DNA from: a virus
Taxonomy: Duplodnaviria; Caudoviricetes
IMG/VR virus record: IMGVR_UViG_3300025608_000513
Coordinates: 1-34,574 of that record
Length of the DNA stretch: 34,574 bases
Strand: one strand, 5' to 3'
Shown piece by piece: positions 26,189 to 34,574 of the stretch. The notes under the pieces are model-generated. The model made no database searches, was not told where the DNA came from, and saw only the letters and a list, made by a program, of their open reading frames with translations. The position numbers and the translations under genes were made by a program. The first letter of the stretch is position 1. Every line of letters begins with the position of its first letter.

Positions 26189-26869
26189 TTATACTAGTGC
26201 GCCGAAATCAATCGATGCAGCTGATGGATTTGTAAATGTGCCCATGTCAATATCAGTTACGTTTGCAAGGTACTCAAAAAAGTTATTTGCTTGTAAGTCG
26301 AAACGTCCAAAGTCAAAGCCATTGATGTAATCTTGGATGCCGTCCATTTCACGAATATCAAGACCATATACTGTACTCTTAATATCGCTAGTATTAACAA
26401 TCTCAAAGTTATTACCGTTTAAGTTTGCTTCTAATTTTGGACTTGGATCTGTACTTAGTGCAGTCTGACTTGTGATAGTAACTGTATTATTCGATACACT
26501 TACTGTTGCATTTTGGCCGCCTGCAATAGTAAGTGTGTTGTTGTTGATGTCTAGTTGACTATTTCCATTGTCGCCAAATACGTCAATAGTTAATAGATTG
26601 TTTCCACTTCCATTAATTGTAATACTGTTAGCATCTGAACTAATTGTAGTACCGTTGCCTGCTACAATTTTTTTAAACTGTAAGTCTGTTCCTACACGTT
26701 GTGCAAAAACACCTTCACCTACTGCTCCTAGGTTACTTGCTGTAGTTGCTTCAGGTGTGCGAGCTTCTAGTTCTGCAAAATTACTGTTTACTTTTAAGAA
26801 CGCTTCTCTTAAATCATCTCCGGTACCGTCATTTGCGACAACACCTAAATTAATAGTTTGAATGGCCAT
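26189..26869 (-). CDS. Baseplate/tail protein with T4 gp9/gp10-like N-terminus
   Basis: QTINLGVVANDGTGDDLREAFLKVNSNF; AGGAG RBS. Confidence 0.7.
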   Translation of the reverse strand: MAIQTINLGVVANDGTGDDLREAFLKVNSNFAELEARTPEATTASNLGAVGEGVFAQRVGTDLQFKKIVAGNGTTISSDANSITINGSGNNLLTIDVFGDNGNSQLDINNNTLTIAGGQNATVSVSNNTVTITSQTALSTDPSPKLEANLNGNNFEIVNTSDIKSTVYGLDIREMDGIQDYINGFDFGRFDLQANNFFEYLANVTDIDMGTFTNPSAASIDFGALV

Positions 26870-26887
26870 TTTCTACTCCTGCTGTAG

Positions 26888-26898
26888 TATTTATCGTA
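26888..26898 (-). promoter_or_regulatory. Late promoter-like TACGATAAATA
   Basis: Identical 11-mer also at 31360-31370. Confidence 0.6.
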
Positions 26899-29412
26899 TT
26901 ATCTTTTGTTTAGGCTTGAAGTAGTTGATAAAGGTCCTTGTATTGAAAATGGAGTTGCATTGCTATATCTATTGTACAACAGCCTATTGTTTCCGCCTGT
27001 AATACTATCAGTGTCGGTATAATTAGTAGCACCAGAATCATTCATAACATTCTTAATGCTGTCCTTGATTATTCTATCTCGCAACTGCTCTGGAGTCCAT
27101 TCTGGATGTGCTTGTAAATACAATGCTCCAACACCACACACTTGTGGACTAGCCATGCTTGTACCTGAAATATTACACTGACGATACCCTTCGCCTATTG
27201 CATTACCAAAGTAAGATGCGTCACTAAATTTATTTGTTGTACTAGTGCAACTGATAATATTAGAACCTGCTGCCCAAATAGTTACACCCGGTCCGCACTC
27301 TGAACTATTGCGCTTGCGTTCTGTATTTGCGTTTAATGGTGAGCTTTCTACATTACCTACGATAAATGCTCTGTCACTTGTGCTATGCGGACTAGAGCCT
27401 CTCATGTAATTTCTGCTACCAGTTGAGTAAAATACAATATTGTTAAAATCTTGTCCTATTGACTCGTCTATATAGTGATAGTTATTGCCTGCGGCAATAC
27501 AAACGTGTATGCCTTCGTCTAGCAATTCTTCTACTTCTGCGTCAATATAACTTAATCTTACATTTATTCGTCCTGTAGGAACTACTCCATACGTGCCCCA
27601 AATATAAGCAGATCCGCTATCAAACGCAGGATCGTTAACATTGTTGTATGTTACGCCTCTATAAAGAATATCCGTAGGTGAATTATTCCAGTTAGTGCCG
27701 TAGCCCCAACTCATGTTAACAATAGTAGGACGTTTGCGTCCTGTAACAGGATCAATTGGTTTATTTCTGTGCCATAATTTAATACAATCAAAACAATCGT
27801 TTGTACTAATGCCGCCTGAATCGCCTGTGCCTTCTAAACCGCTAACTTTAACACTGTATATTCTTGCATTTTTTGCCCAGCCAAAATTTAATCCTGCCGC
27901 AGTACCACCTACGTGTGTTCCGTGACCGTCAAAGTCTCTGTCATGATTTGCTTGGTTAAAAAAGTTAACACCGTAGTCGCCCCAATTTATTTGATGTACT
28001 CTATATCCTGTATCTGCAACATATCCTGAACCACCTGCTATTGCTGGATTGTCTTGTGCTGGTGTATTGCCGTCTTGGAATATGCTTCTAATAGTAGCAA
28101 GCGGTGGCTTACTAATAACTGGAGCAATGTATGTGTTGTGGAAAGCATAACCTAATGGGTTATTTGCTTGAATGCCTGCTTGGGTACGCATATCATCTGA
28201 CCACTCTGGAGCAAGACTTCCACCGTCCCATAATTCTGTGTATTCAAACATACAGAAGTTTAGTAAGTACAAGTATTCTTTTGCGGCTACTTCAAATGCA
28301 TCTGCGATTGTTTTCCAATCATCTGGATTTTCTTGATAACCTGATGGATCCCATTTGCCTGCATCGTATGCTTCTTCCATTGCGGCATACAAATCACCTG
28401 ACTGCCAATCAGCGGCTAAGAACTGATATAGTTTTATATCGTCTGCAGGTAACCCGTACATGTGTAGTGTGTGGAATACGTGTTCAATAACTTCCTGTGC
28501 ATCTGTATCGCCATCGCCATATCCATCACCTGTTGAGTTTAGGTACCACACCATGTCATTAGCAACGTGAGTGTCAAACAAGTTTGTTAGGTTCCAATCA
28601 ATAACACCTTGGTCAGTTAAGAAGTTTGGAGTATAATCAGCACCGGCACCTCTAGCTACTCTTTGTATAGTTGGCAATCCAGCGTGCCAAGTTCCTGCAT
28701 CACCACGGAGTGTTTTAATTAAATTTCTCTGGTATGTTTTATTAATACCCGCGGCATTTGGATCTAAGAACAGTTCAAACATACGTGCTACTTTTTCTAG
28801 CCACGCATCTGGAACTGCTGTTTGTCCACCTACTCCGCCAGCACCCATTATTCTTACACCGTTGGTTGTAACTTCACGTTTAAAGAAATCGCTACCATCG
28901 CCTGTGACATTAATGATTGAGCCATTTCTGTAATCAACATCAAGATCATCAATAGCAAACTCTGGATGGTCAACTTGTAGTCCACTATCTTGAATAACTA
29001 CGTCTACGCCAGTACCGTCTAAACTATAAGGCCAAACAGCATCTGTGTCTGTGCTAGTACCGTATGCATTTTCTGTAATGCTATGTCTAATTTTCCCCCA
29101 GTCGTAGTATTGTCCACCGGGCGATGACGTTTTATTGAAATTACCAGTTTGCGTTGCAAAGTGTCCAATCTCAACACCTTCCTGATCTTGCCAAGGAAGT
29201 TCTACATCGGTTACTCGTGGATCATTTTTAAGAGTATCAGCTTCGTCGTCTGTGAGCGCATAGTGTGTAATGCGTTGACTTGCAGGTTTTGCATATGCAA
29301 CGTCTACTGATCGTTGCGGAATATTTCCAGCACCAGTAGACGCTATCATTTCTTGATTAAACTGTTCGTAATCTACACCTTTATTAAGTGTTACGATATA
29401 TTCTCTTTCCAT
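26899..29412 (-). CDS. Subtilisin-like S8 serine protease with a large internal insertion
   Basis: Asp142 (VIQDSG), His497 (HGTHVGG), AAGN, Ser752 (GTSMASP); I9-like propeptide. Confidence 0.85.
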   Translation of the reverse strand: MEREYIVTLNKGVDYEQFNQEMIASTGAGNIPQRSVDVAYAKPASQRITHYALTDDEADTLKNDPRVTDVELPWQDQEGVEIGHFATQTGNFNKTSSPGGQYYDWGKIRHSITENAYGTSTDTDAVWPYSLDGTGVDVVIQDSGLQVDHPEFAIDDLDVDYRNGSIINVTGDGSDFFKREVTTNGVRIMGAGGVGGQTAVPDAWLEKVARMFELFLDPNAAGINKTYQRNLIKTLRGDAGTWHAGLPTIQRVARGAGADYTPNFLTDQGVIDWNLTNLFDTHVANDMVWYLNSTGDGYGDGDTDAQEVIEHVFHTLHMYGLPADDIKLYQFLAADWQSGDLYAAMEEAYDAGKWDPSGYQENPDDWKTIADAFEVAAKEYLYLLNFCMFEYTELWDGGSLAPEWSDDMRTQAGIQANNPLGYAFHNTYIAPVISKPPLATIRSIFQDGNTPAQDNPAIAGGSGYVADTGYRVHQINWGDYGVNFFNQANHDRDFDGHGTHVGGTAAGLNFGWAKNARIYSVKVSGLEGTGDSGGISTNDCFDCIKLWHRNKPIDPVTGRKRPTIVNMSWGYGTNWNNSPTDILYRGVTYNNVNDPAFDSGSAYIWGTYGVVPTGRINVRLSYIDAEVEELLDEGIHVCIAAGNNYHYIDESIGQDFNNIVFYSTGSRNYMRGSSPHSTSDRAFIVGNVESSPLNANTERKRNSSECGPGVTIWAAGSNIISCTSTTNKFSDASYFGNAIGEGYRQCNISGTSMASPQVCGVGALYLQAHPEWTPEQLRDRIIKDSIKNVMNDSGATNYTDTDSITGGNNRLLYNRYSNATPFSIQGPLSTTSSLNKR

Positions 29413-29421
29413 GCTCTGCCC

Positions 29422-31335
29422 TTAGTGTAGGTCTACCCAGGCGCCGCCTGCGTATACTTGTGCTTTGTCTGTGGTTGTGTTATAAATCATCATCCCATTA
29501 GATGCTGTTAAGTTGTCACGTTCTGTGCTAGTCAAGTTAACTAATCTAAATGGAGCAGTTGCTTGGATTTCATCTTGTGCGTCTAGTACAATAACACTGT
29601 CACTTGATAATGTTGGAACGCCTGTTGCTGTACTTGAAAATGTGCTTAGGCTTAGTGTACCGTTAATAGTAACGTCATTGTTTACTACTAGATCGTTTTC
29701 AACTGTAAGATCACTTTGCATTGTAACTGCCGGAGTAATACTAATTGCACTAGAGTCGTCTGTGTCAATATTGCTTGCAGCTAGTGTAAAGTTGCCTACA
29801 CTATCAAAACTTGCTACTGCATTGTCTACATATGTTTTAACTGCTGCTTCGGTAGGAATTGCTGTATCGCTATCACCTGCTAGAGTAACGTCTGTACTAA
29901 ATTCGTCTACAGTTGCGCCGTTTGCTAAACTTAATCCAGTAAGTCCTGTGAAGCTAGTAGGCTTGTCTGTTAAATCGTTGTAACTAAAAGCTACATTAGT
30001 GATATTACTAAACGCTATATCGGTAATGTTACTACCGTCGCCCCAGAGTGTATCAGCATATACATTAGAGTAGCGAATTGTATTTGTACCTAAATTGTAT
30101 GTGCTGTCTGTTGACGGAGTAATTGTTCCTGTACTAAATCCTTGTGTGGTAGAACTTCCGCCTGTAAGAACTTGATCAATTGTAATGCCTGTTAAGCTAG
30201 CACCACCGCCACTAAACTCAGCTGCTGAAATGTTTGTTGCATTAATGTCGCCACCAACGTCTAGTGTGTACTGAGGATTAGCTTGGTACAATCCAATGTG
30301 ACTGCTGCCAGCATCGATAGTAACTGCTGTATTAACACCATTGCTGTCTCTTACTTTTACTAAGAAATCTTTATTAGCAGTGTTACTATTTAGACTTATA
30401 TCAAACCCTGTAACTGCAACACTAAAGTCTTGACTTTCGCCTAGTACAAAGCTATTATCATTTACAGTAAGAGCACCGTTTAGCACTACATCGCCTGATG
30501 TACTAACGGCATCGTTAATTCCAAAACCGCCTATAGTATTAGGAACGTTTAATAGATTGTTCCAGTCACCGTCGAACAGTGAAGGCGTGTTTGACAGATT
30601 GTTGTAGTTGAGATAGTAGGATCCGTCTTGTCCATCCAATGTATCTGCATCAAGTCCTGCGCCACCTTCTGTAATATCTGCCGCTGGCGCCCAATTAGTT
30701 CCGTTCCATTTTAGTACCTGACCTGTTGTTGGCGGCGTTGACGAAGTATCAACATCGGAAAGATCGTCAATGTCAACAATTAATGTAGGCTTGTCTGTCA
30801 AGTCAGTGTAGCTGCCGGTTGTTGCTACCGCAGCAAATGTAGGCTTAGATTGCACTTCACCCCAGTTTACAAAAGCATTGTTAAATTGCTGTGTGGAGCC
30901 GTTAAACTTTAATACTTGGTTGGCACTAGGATTAGTTAGGTTGACGTCAGTAAGTCCGTCTAGCGCACTTGCTCCTCCACCTTCTCCGCCGCCGGTTGAC
31001 GTAATTGTTACTGTTCCTGTTTCGTTATCGTATGTTAAACTAATTCCACTGCCTTCGAGCAACATGTCTGAAACACGTTGAGGAGTAAAATATAAGTTTG
31101 TAGTGCCTTCAGTTAGTTCGTCTGTGTTTGTAGCAATAGTTGGTTTGTTGGTTAGATCGTTATAGTTTCCACTAAACGGATTGTATTCAATGCCACCTAC
31201 TGTCAACTCGCTTGTTGATATGCTGGCTGCGTTTATAATTCCGCTGCCTTGTAAGTCGAGGTTATCACTTACTGGTAACTCTTTTAGTTTGTTACTATCA
31301 TCTTTGTCGATGATTAGTGGAAATCTATTTGCCAT
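29422..31335 (-). CDS. Tail fibre-like structural protein
   Basis: Repeats YxDLTxKPT and LxDV...QVLKxNG; DADTLDG; Thr/Ser/Gly-rich. Confidence 0.7.
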   Translation of the reverse strand: MANRFPLIIDKDDSNKLKELPVSDNLDLQGSGIINAASISTSELTVGGIEYNPFSGNYNDLTNKPTIATNTDELTEGTTNLYFTPQRVSDMLLEGSGISLTYDNETGTVTITSTGGGEGGGASALDGLTDVNLTNPSANQVLKFNGSTQQFNNAFVNWGEVQSKPTFAAVATTGSYTDLTDKPTLIVDIDDLSDVDTSSTPPTTGQVLKWNGTNWAPAADITEGGAGLDADTLDGQDGSYYLNYNNLSNTPSLFDGDWNNLLNVPNTIGGFGINDAVSTSGDVVLNGALTVNDNSFVLGESQDFSVAVTGFDISLNSNTANKDFLVKVRDSNGVNTAVTIDAGSSHIGLYQANPQYTLDVGGDINATNISAAEFSGGGASLTGITIDQVLTGGSSTTQGFSTGTITPSTDSTYNLGTNTIRYSNVYADTLWGDGSNITDIAFSNITNVAFSYNDLTDKPTSFTGLTGLSLANGATVDEFSTDVTLAGDSDTAIPTEAAVKTYVDNAVASFDSVGNFTLAASNIDTDDSSAISITPAVTMQSDLTVENDLVVNNDVTINGTLSLSTFSSTATGVPTLSSDSVIVLDAQDEIQATAPFRLVNLTSTERDNLTASNGMMIYNTTTDKAQVYAGGAWVDLH

Positions 31336-31359
31336 TCTCGTAAATCCTATTATTATACA

Positions 31360-31370
31360 TATTTATCGTA
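31360..31370 (-). promoter_or_regulatory. Late promoter-like TACGATAAATA
   Basis: Intergenic, upstream of 31335; identical to 26888-26898. Confidence 0.6.
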
Positions 31371-31372
31371 TC

Positions 31373-34300
31373 TTACTTCAACGTCTCGATTATAGCGTAG
31401 GCGTCACCGATGTCAATACCAACGGGTGCGCCTCTCATTGTAACCGTCGCTCTATAAACTTTATGAGATGAATGATCTGTTAGTGTAAAAGTAATTCTAT
31501 CACCTATAGTTCCTAATGTAGTTACTTCAGTCCAAGTCGTGTTGCCTACAGTGACGCTCGAAGATCCATTAAAAACGTTACCTACACTTGTGTCATCTGA
31601 AAATGCAGTTATAACTGATGTAAAGTCTGCTGGATCATAGTTAAATTCTACCCCCAGTGTAGTCCCTTTGTCAATCAATCTTACATTCAAATAGTCTACA
31701 CTCATCACACTGCCAACAGCAAGTGTTGCTGATCCACTTACTTCATTGGCAATCACCACATGTGGCAGTCCTGTTACCGTAGCACCAGTAAAGTCTACTA
31801 TAGGTGCTGCACCGTTGTTACCAAACTCTGTCTTACCGTAAATTATTTGTCTAACATTATTGATATCAGTGTCGTAATTAAATGCAATGTTGGTTGCTGA
31901 ACCACCGTCATAAGCACTTATAATATACAAATATTGACTATTTTTTCCTATAACATTATTTGTTTCAATTAAGTTGTTTTGTATATCGCCAACAATTTTA
32001 CCATTCACACCATCTACTAATGTTGTGCTGTCATCAGCAAATACACTACCCTGTATGTCTCCATCTATTCGTCCTATTATTTGACTTAACGCAATTCCAC
32101 CACCGCCTTCGCCGTCGCCGGCTAATATACTTACAATACGTCCGCTTATAATTACGTCACCCTGTTGTTTGCCAGGTTCTGCAAGACCGCCACTGAGCCA
32201 TACACCGCCACCGTTGCCATCTTCTAGTGTTGCACCGTAGATATCGAAAATGTTATCTGTGGTTGTTATACGGCCTCCCCTGTCACCTGGTATTGTTGCT
32301 GTGTTAAGATACAATGCTTCGTCGTTAATAGTAGAAATAGTATTGTTGAGCACAGTGTTTTGTAGATTTATTTTACTATTCACACCATCTACTAATAGTG
32401 TGCTATCATCACTAAACACACTACCGGTTAAATCGCCCGATAGTTCTACATCCAAGTTAGACACTTTTGCATCACTGAAATCTACATTGCCTCTTAGTTG
32501 AATGTTACTGAGATTGTTACTATTACCAACATTTACAATATACCCTGCTAAACTTACAGTATTTCCAAATCCATCTCCGCCGTCATAAGTACCGATAGCA
32601 ACGCCGTTAGTAAACTCTGTACCAATTTGAATGTCACCATGTTGTTGTAGAGCATTAGAATTTTTACCAGCGTTGATTTTAACACTGCCGCCAAATGCAC
32701 TGTTATCTGAATCTGAAGTATCGCCGCCTTTGATTATAATAGCGTCAGCACCCCCAGTGGTCATGTCCAGTGTAGCAATGTTTAGATCAGTTCCTCGCGG
32801 ACTGAAGAATTTTCCTGCGCCTACAAGGCTATCTTGATTACCATTTAAATAGATTGTACTATCTGATGCACCAATAACAATAGTTTGACTATTAGTAGCA
32901 CCCAGATATAAACTGGCTTGATCGTCTGCATTCACATACAAATCACTATTTCTTGCATACACAACATCTGTATATACGATACTATTTTCAACGTCGCCAA
33001 CAATCTTACCTGCTACACCATCTACCAATAGTGTGCTGTCGTCTGCGAATACACTACCTTGAAAATTTCCAGTAAGGTCAACATTTAGTTCGCTTACAGT
33101 AGCATCGGAAAAATCTATGGTGCCTCTAAGATATGTTACACTTCTCCCGCCGGGTTCGCCAATATAGTTTCGAACACCCGATATATTAACAATAGTACCA
33201 AAGCCGTTGCCAAAATCATACGCACCGATAGCAACACCATTAGTGTGATCAGTACCTATTAAAATTTCACCGTCTTGTTGTATAGCATTAGGGTTTTCGC
33301 CTGCTTGAATTACAACACTTCCGCCAAATCCAAAATTCTCAGTATCAGTACTTGTGCCGCCTGTGATTCTAATGTCACTACCGCTACTTGTTGCACTTTC
33401 TTTACCAACTATTTCTAAAAATTGATCTGCATGACTTCTTAGAACTCCTGTCTCTATGTAGTTAGTATATACATCGCCAACAATTTTACCTGCTACACCG
33501 TCTACTAGTAGTGTGCTATCATCACCAAACACACTACCAGTAATGTCACCGTTTACATATAAACCATCTACAGTGCCGTCACCCTTGAATTTCCATTCAC
33601 GATCGCCAACTGTGATAGTTGCTGTTTCTGCTTCAATTTCATCCTGCCAAGCATTGTATGCGTTTAATACATTGAGTGCTTCGGATACAACTTCGTCTGG
33701 TATTAACGGGTTTAGAGCCTTTTTCCGTACAGCAAGTTCATAGTATGTGTAATCTGATGGTGATGCTAACTCTGCTCCATAATCGTCAGCGTCTAGTAGT
33801 GCATCTAATACAGCTCTTGCATTATCATAAGCAGTCTCAAGTGTTGGTATATTGCTACCAGCAGTTAAAGAGTTAATGCCTGCGGCAGTTACTACATCAT
33901 TAATATCTGTGCCGCCAATCTGTAGTACACCGCCTACTACGCTTAGTGTAGTCCCGCCTAAGTCAATAGTGCTACCACTTAAATAAATGTCACGGAATCT
34001 ATTTGTAGCACTACCTAAATCATATGCTACATCTGTGTCTGGAATAATATTGCCTTTTACTGTGCCATCTAAGTTAATGCTACTATTTGTTGCGTCTACT
34101 AATACAGTACTATCGTGTCCAAATACAGATCCAGTTAAATCGCCTGGATCAACTTGATTAACTGTTAAAATTAGTTGATTGTTAACATCATCTTGTGTAA
34201 CAGTTACATTAGTATGATTAGAGTGAGTAAACAGCGGAGCAATTAAATCATCAAGATCTCCTGCACCTGCAATAGTGTACAACTCGTCGAAATTGTCATT

Positions 34301-34381
34301 TATCTTATCAAAGGCAACACGTAACGGATCGCCGTTCCCATCGTTTGCACTTACACCAATGTTAATAGTTTGCTTTGCCAT
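31373..34381 (-). CDS. Long tail-fibre-like protein with gp9/gp10-like N-terminus and internal repeats
   Basis: QTINIGVSANDGNGDPLRVAFDKINDNF; five GSVFxxDSTxLVD repeats. Confidence 0.75.
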   Translation of the reverse strand: MAKQTINIGVSANDGNGDPLRVAFDKINDNFDELYTIAGAGDLDDLIAPLFTHSNHTNVTVTQDDVNNQLILTVNQVDPGDLTGSVFGHDSTVLVDATNSSINLDGTVKGNIIPDTDVAYDLGSATNRFRDIYLSGSTIDLGGTTLSVVGGVLQIGGTDINDVVTAAGINSLTAGSNIPTLETAYDNARAVLDALLDADDYGAELASPSDYTYYELAVRKKALNPLIPDEVVSEALNVLNAYNAWQDEIEAETATITVGDREWKFKGDGTVDGLYVNGDITGSVFGDDSTLLVDGVAGKIVGDVYTNYIETGVLRSHADQFLEIVGKESATSSGSDIRITGGTSTDTENFGFGGSVVIQAGENPNAIQQDGEILIGTDHTNGVAIGAYDFGNGFGTIVNISGVRNYIGEPGGRSVTYLRGTIDFSDATVSELNVDLTGNFQGSVFADDSTLLVDGVAGKIVGDVENSIVYTDVVYARNSDLYVNADDQASLYLGATNSQTIVIGASDSTIYLNGNQDSLVGAGKFFSPRGTDLNIATLDMTTGGADAIIIKGGDTSDSDNSAFGGSVKINAGKNSNALQQHGDIQIGTEFTNGVAIGTYDGGDGFGNTVSLAGYIVNVGNSNNLSNIQLRGNVDFSDAKVSNLDVELSGDLTGSVFSDDSTLLVDGVNSKINLQNTVLNNTISTINDEALYLNTATIPGDRGGRITTTDNIFDIYGATLEDGNGGGVWLSGGLAEPGKQQGDVIISGRIVSILAGDGEGGGGIALSQIIGRIDGDIQGSVFADDSTTLVDGVNGKIVGDIQNNLIETNNVIGKNSQYLYIISAYDGGSATNIAFNYDTDINNVRQIIYGKTEFGNNGAAPIVDFTGATVTGLPHVVIANEVSGSATLAVGSVMSVDYLNVRLIDKGTTLGVEFNYDPADFTSVITAFSDDTSVGNVFNGSSSVTVGNTTWTEVTTLGTIGDRITFTLTDHSSHKVYRATVTMRGAPVGIDIGDAYAIIETLK
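31985..34135 (-). repeat. Five dispersed ~45-70-bp coding repeats (GSVFxDDSTLLVDGVxGKIVGD)
   Basis: Copies near 31985-32050, 32380-32426, 32991-33060, 33471-33540 and 34091-34135. Confidence 0.8.
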
Positions 34382-34574
34382 TATACTCTTCCTACTACTA
34401 CTTCAACTGTGCCGCGTTCAGCGTCATCTTTTGTTCCTACAGCTTTACCAATTACAGTACCAATCTTAGGATCGTTATCAACAATAGCATATCCTGGTAC
34501 AGCACTTGTAACTAACAAGTCTCCTTTTTGTACCCGACCAATTACTTTACATGGCACACGCCCTTGTAGTGCAA
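34381..34574 (-). CDS. Partial (3' end only) tail fibre with intramolecular chaperone/peptidase G2-like C-terminus
   Basis: ...ALQGRVPCKVIGRVQKGDLLVTSAVPGYA...IGKAV...VEVVVGRV*; TAATG-coupled. Confidence 0.7.
   Translation of the reverse strand, partial: ALQGRVPCKVIGRVQKGDLLVTSAVPGYAIVDNDPKIGTVIGKAVGTKDDAERGTVEVVVGRV

Noticed and set aside
28009-28953. Intein as the explanation for the subtilase insertion
   Set aside because: No C/S start with an HN-C/S/T end, and no LAGLIDADG or HINT blocks.
31985-34135. CRISPR array or DGR template/variable repeats
   Set aside because: The repeats are in-frame, degenerate mainly at synonymous sites and hundreds of bp apart; differences are not adenine-specific and no RT or cas gene is present.
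363-34469. Many plus-strand ORFs in the track (other than phoH) and short alternate-frame ORFs
   Set aside because: They are antisense or frame shadows of well-supported minus-strand genes, with no recognisable motifs.
1-34574. tRNA, rRNA, IS elements or strong intrinsic terminators
   Set aside because: Intergenic gaps are very short and none were recognisable by eye; tRNAscan/Infernal were not run.
1-34574. Alternative genetic code (stop-codon recoding)
   Set aside because: Genes are full length in code 11, and TAA, TGA and TAG all occur as apparent true stops.

Overview
This is a gene-dense, AT-rich segment of a large tailed dsDNA phage (T4-like or jumbo myovirus type), almost entirely on the minus strand; only phoH is on plus. 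Read in transcription order (right to left), it has five parts. (1) A tail/baseplate region: fibre proteins with T4 gp9/gp10-like N-termini, an Ig-repeat protein, and a subtilase carrying a ~315-aa insertion. (2) An accessory/replication block: a truncated DnaE piece, GroES, two MazG-type pyrophosphatases, YccA/BI-1, a DEDD exonuclease, a SutA-like mini-protein, a clamp loader, ferredoxin, a 2OG-Fe(II) oxygenase, parvulin, a flavin-dependent halogenase, folA, thyA and dCMP deaminase. (3) A Gram-negative lysis cassette: GH19 endolysin, two spanins and an EF-hand holin candidate. (4) dnaJ-clpA. (5) A late operon whose proteins mostly start with a T4 capsid-targeting-like peptide, including a ligase-fold nucleotidyltransferase paired with a HIGH-motif adenylyltransferase; this is the best candidate for an undescribed, virion-injected system. 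Three sigma70 promoters, recurring (GA)TAAATA late-promoter motifs and a hairpin that could sequester an RBS are visible. The host is probably an alphaproteobacterium (inference). All calls come from reading motifs by eye; no searches were run.
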